From NCBI GenBank assembly GCA_036770305.1, contig DAIPJL010000001.1, positions 1,899-65,898 on the forward strand: a DNA stretch of 64,000 nt, in the 5' to 3' direction. Below are positions 62,524 through 64,000 of the stretch, piece by piece. Each line of letters opens with the position of its first letter. Within the stretch, counting starts at the first letter, position 1. This DNA comes from Bacteriovoracaceae bacterium (GTDB lineage: Bacteria > Bdellovibrionota > Bacteriovoracia > Bacteriovoracales > Bacteriovoracaceae). Both the position numbers and the translations under genes were made by a program. The notes under the pieces were generated by a model that saw nothing but the letters and a program-made list of their open reading frames with translations, searched no databases and was not told the origin of the DNA.

Positions 62524-63168
62524 TTAAATCGACAGGTCGCAGAACCTGTCTGGATTTGCAATAAAATGCTCGTGATTTATGTCTGCAACGATGTGATCCC
62601 TGAATTCGGTTCCATTGTTTAAAACTTCGTGGAGAAGGTCTATTCGAACTAAGTAGCCGGCTCCCGAAGCGGGGAGGTGATATTTGACATTACCGTAGAG
62701 CATCACTGCGTCCGGATTTGTGTTGATGGGAATAATAAGTCGATATCTTGCGCCGTTCTTTCCACTTGCGTCTTTGTGCGGAGGGCTACCCCTCGAACCC
62801 GGCCAAATCCGCAAAACTCGAACACGAGAAGGCTCCAGGCAGGCATCTTGAAGTATGCGTAGTAGTTCTTGGAAGCCGCCGACGCAAGCTGACGTCTTGA
62901 TTGTTTCAGGTCCTCGATTCGCGAGAAAGTCTCGCATTTCTTGAAGCTTTTCAGGGGAAAGGGTGGAGTTGAAAACAACCTGACCGCTGTAGAACCCGTC
63001 AGCGACCTCTCCGGTGCTACTCGTGAGAGCCCAGCCGCCGTATCCTGGATGTTTCAAAACGATAGGGAAATTTTCAGTCACATACTTGAGGTCCTTGCGG
63101 AGTTGCAAGATATCAAACCGGAGTTTGAGTTTTAAAATCGGATTATCATTTAACATCACATGAACCAA
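62524..63168 (-). CDS. Cupin-fold AspH/LpxO-like oxygenase, paralogue B
   Basis: 214 aa. VLRIWPGSRGSPPHKD (HxD), RYRLIIPINT, LLHEVLNNGTEFRDHIVAD. An alternative ATG at 63156 gives a TGATG junction with the upstream gene. Confidence 0.7.
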   Translation of the reverse strand: MVHVMLNDNPILKLKLRFDILQLRKDLKYVTENFPIVLKHPGYGGWALTSSTGEVADGFYSGQVVFNSTLSPEKLQEMRDFLANRGPETIKTSACVGGFQELLRILQDACLEPSRVRVLRIWPGSRGSPPHKDASGKNGARYRLIIPINTNPDAVMLYGNVKYHLPASGAGYLVRIDLLHEVLNNGTEFRDHIVADINHEHFIANPDRFCDLSI

Positions 63169-63842
63169 TCTAAGAAGTTTTCAGAAGGCCTTCCATGAAC
63201 AATAAGATGCACTCTGTCTTGGTCGCTGAAATTAACTACTGCGTGTTCGTGTCGGGTATTGAGAGAGAAGGCGACACCGTTCTCGAATGGAACGTATCCA
63301 AAATCCTTAAACTTAAAAAACGATCCCGCCGGATTATCGAGGGCGATGTTGAGCCAGCAGAGGCGGCCCTCATTCGGTTTCGACTTCCCATCCCGGTGTG
63401 GTCGTGTAAACCCCTTTGGGCCAAGAACCATGAAGCGAACTCTCTCGAGCCTCTCGTACGGGAGTGACTCTATGAATTTTCGTGTTAAGGGACAAAGAGT
63501 TGAGCAGTTTGTCCAAGCATATGGGACTTCGGATTCGTCTGCCCATGCCCCGTAGCGAACGAAGTTATCTACCTGCTGATTACCTAGTCCGTGTAGCGCG
63601 ACCGCTTTCCATTTGTAGCTAACAGAGTGAGGGTAGGTGTTATGGTTGCTGACCAGGAGTGAGCGAATGCCTTGGTATTCTGCGAGAATATCGGTCACAG
63701 GAATTTGTTTTGAAAACTTTAGAGCGACTAGTGCCGATGATTGGAGTTGTTCTAGCGAGAGGCTACTAGCACTTGTGGCTTTGAGATAAGCGGGAGACTG
63801 ACAGTCACTAAAAAACGAGCTAACTTCTTCTGGGAAAAGCAT
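63156..63842 (-). CDS. Cupin-fold AspH/LpxO-like oxygenase, paralogue A
   Basis: FMVLGPKGFTRPHRD (HxD), CWLNIAL, RHEHAVVNFSDQDRVHLIV. Start at ATG 63842 (MLFPEEV...) or TTG 63878. Confidence 0.65.
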   Translation of the reverse strand: MLFPEEVSSFFSDCQSPAYLKATSASSLSLEQLQSSALVALKFSKQIPVTDILAEYQGIRSLLVSNHNTYPHSVSYKWKAVALHGLGNQQVDNFVRYGAWADESEVPYAWTNCSTLCPLTRKFIESLPYERLERVRFMVLGPKGFTRPHRDGKSKPNEGRLCWLNIALDNPAGSFFKFKDFGYVPFENGVAFSLNTRHEHAVVNFSDQDRVHLIVHGRPSENFLDWFM

Positions 63843-63902
63843 GATACAAAGATGTATTTCAGCGAGACGATATCGCAAGAGGAAAATGAGGGGAATCGCG
63901 TA

Positions 63903-64000
63903 ATGAATTTAATTAAATCGACCTCGGGTCTGTTTAAAAATGATCTTTATCAAATTCCCTTAATCGAACTCGATTTTGATTCAATGAGCCTTTGCATCTC
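63903..64000 (+). CDS. 5' end of an unidentified CDS running out of the window
   Basis: ATG at 63903, open to the window end (MNLIKSTSGLFKNDLYQIPLIELDFDSMSLCI...). Divergent from the cupin genes. Too short to classify. Confidence 0.3.
   Translation, partial: MNLIKSTSGLFKNDLYQIPLIELDFDSMSLCI

Larger units (their letters stand above)
46828..64000. other. Low-GC accessory island (glycosyltransferase / radical SAM / phosphonate genes); right end not reached
   Basis: Codon usage and GC change abruptly at about 46.8 kb (spot counts about 43-52% against about 65-68% in the core). Content switches from housekeeping to GTs, rSAM, PP-loop, cupins and PepM. No integrase, tRNA or direct repeats seen at the left edge. 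Confidence 0.75.

Noticed and set aside
46828-64000. Phosphonopyruvate decarboxylase, AEP transaminase or nucleotidyltransferase hidden among the island ORFs
   Set aside because: I checked each island ORF by eye for the ThDP motif (GDG-X24-27-NN), a PLP Lys context or a LicC-like G-x-G-T-R-L motif. None was found, so absence is reported as a finding instead of forcing an assignment.

Overview
This 64 kb window comes from a high-GC Gram-negative chromosome. Spot counts of single 60-nt lines give about 65-68% GC in the core; these are estimates, not a computed profile. The proteins are Lys/Glu-rich and third codon positions are very GC-rich. Gene content (pilMNOPQ, Omp85/TamB, MYXO-CTERM-like tails) suggests a Bdellovibrionota/Myxococcota-type ('deltaproteobacterial') organism, but that taxonomic call is low confidence.

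Bases 1-46.4 kb are densely packed housekeeping genes:
- pilM(3' end)-pilN-pilO-pilP-pilQ, a TPR protein, aroQ, efp, accB and accC
- a TamB-like protein plus a 952-aa Omp85 protein
- rplM-rpsI and a divergent UvrA-like ATPase
- two secreted proteins with C-terminal anchor-like tails, one of them a metzincin
- an AMIN-domain protein, lon and a PMT/TMTC-like membrane protein
- three paralogous type IV pilin-like genes
- rpoZ, an acyl-CoA ligase, a solitary solute-binding lipoprotein coupled to alaS, recX-recA and pgpA
- a RelA/SpoT-fold protein, an alpha/beta hydrolase, an FHA-like protein, recG, greA and a UbiB/ABC1 kinase

From about 46.8 kb to the window end, composition drops sharply (spot counts about 43-52% GC). 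The content switches to an accessory island with these genes:
- an FAD oxidoreductase
- a GT2::GT-C fusion and two further GT2 genes
- a methyltransferase
- a CX3CX2C domain fused to a GT2
- a radical SAM enzyme with an N-terminal Cys-rich (twitch-like) extension
- a PP-loop ATPase, a GNAT-like protein and an unknown 443-aa protein
- a minus-strand, translationally coupled operon: Tat-signal kinase-like protein, AspH/LpxO-like cupin, short membrane desaturase, and a phosphoenolpyruvate mutase carrying the EDK-X5-NS signature. Two more paralogous cupins lie upstream of it.

No phosphonopyruvate decarboxylase or other known PepM-coupling enzyme is visible in the window. This makes the island the best candidate here for an undescribed phosphonate (phosphonolipid or phosphonoglycan) system.

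I recognised no rRNA, tRNA, CRISPR array, transposase or integrase by eye. Many long ORFs in the supplied track are antisense or alternative-frame artefacts of the high GC content, and I rejected them.
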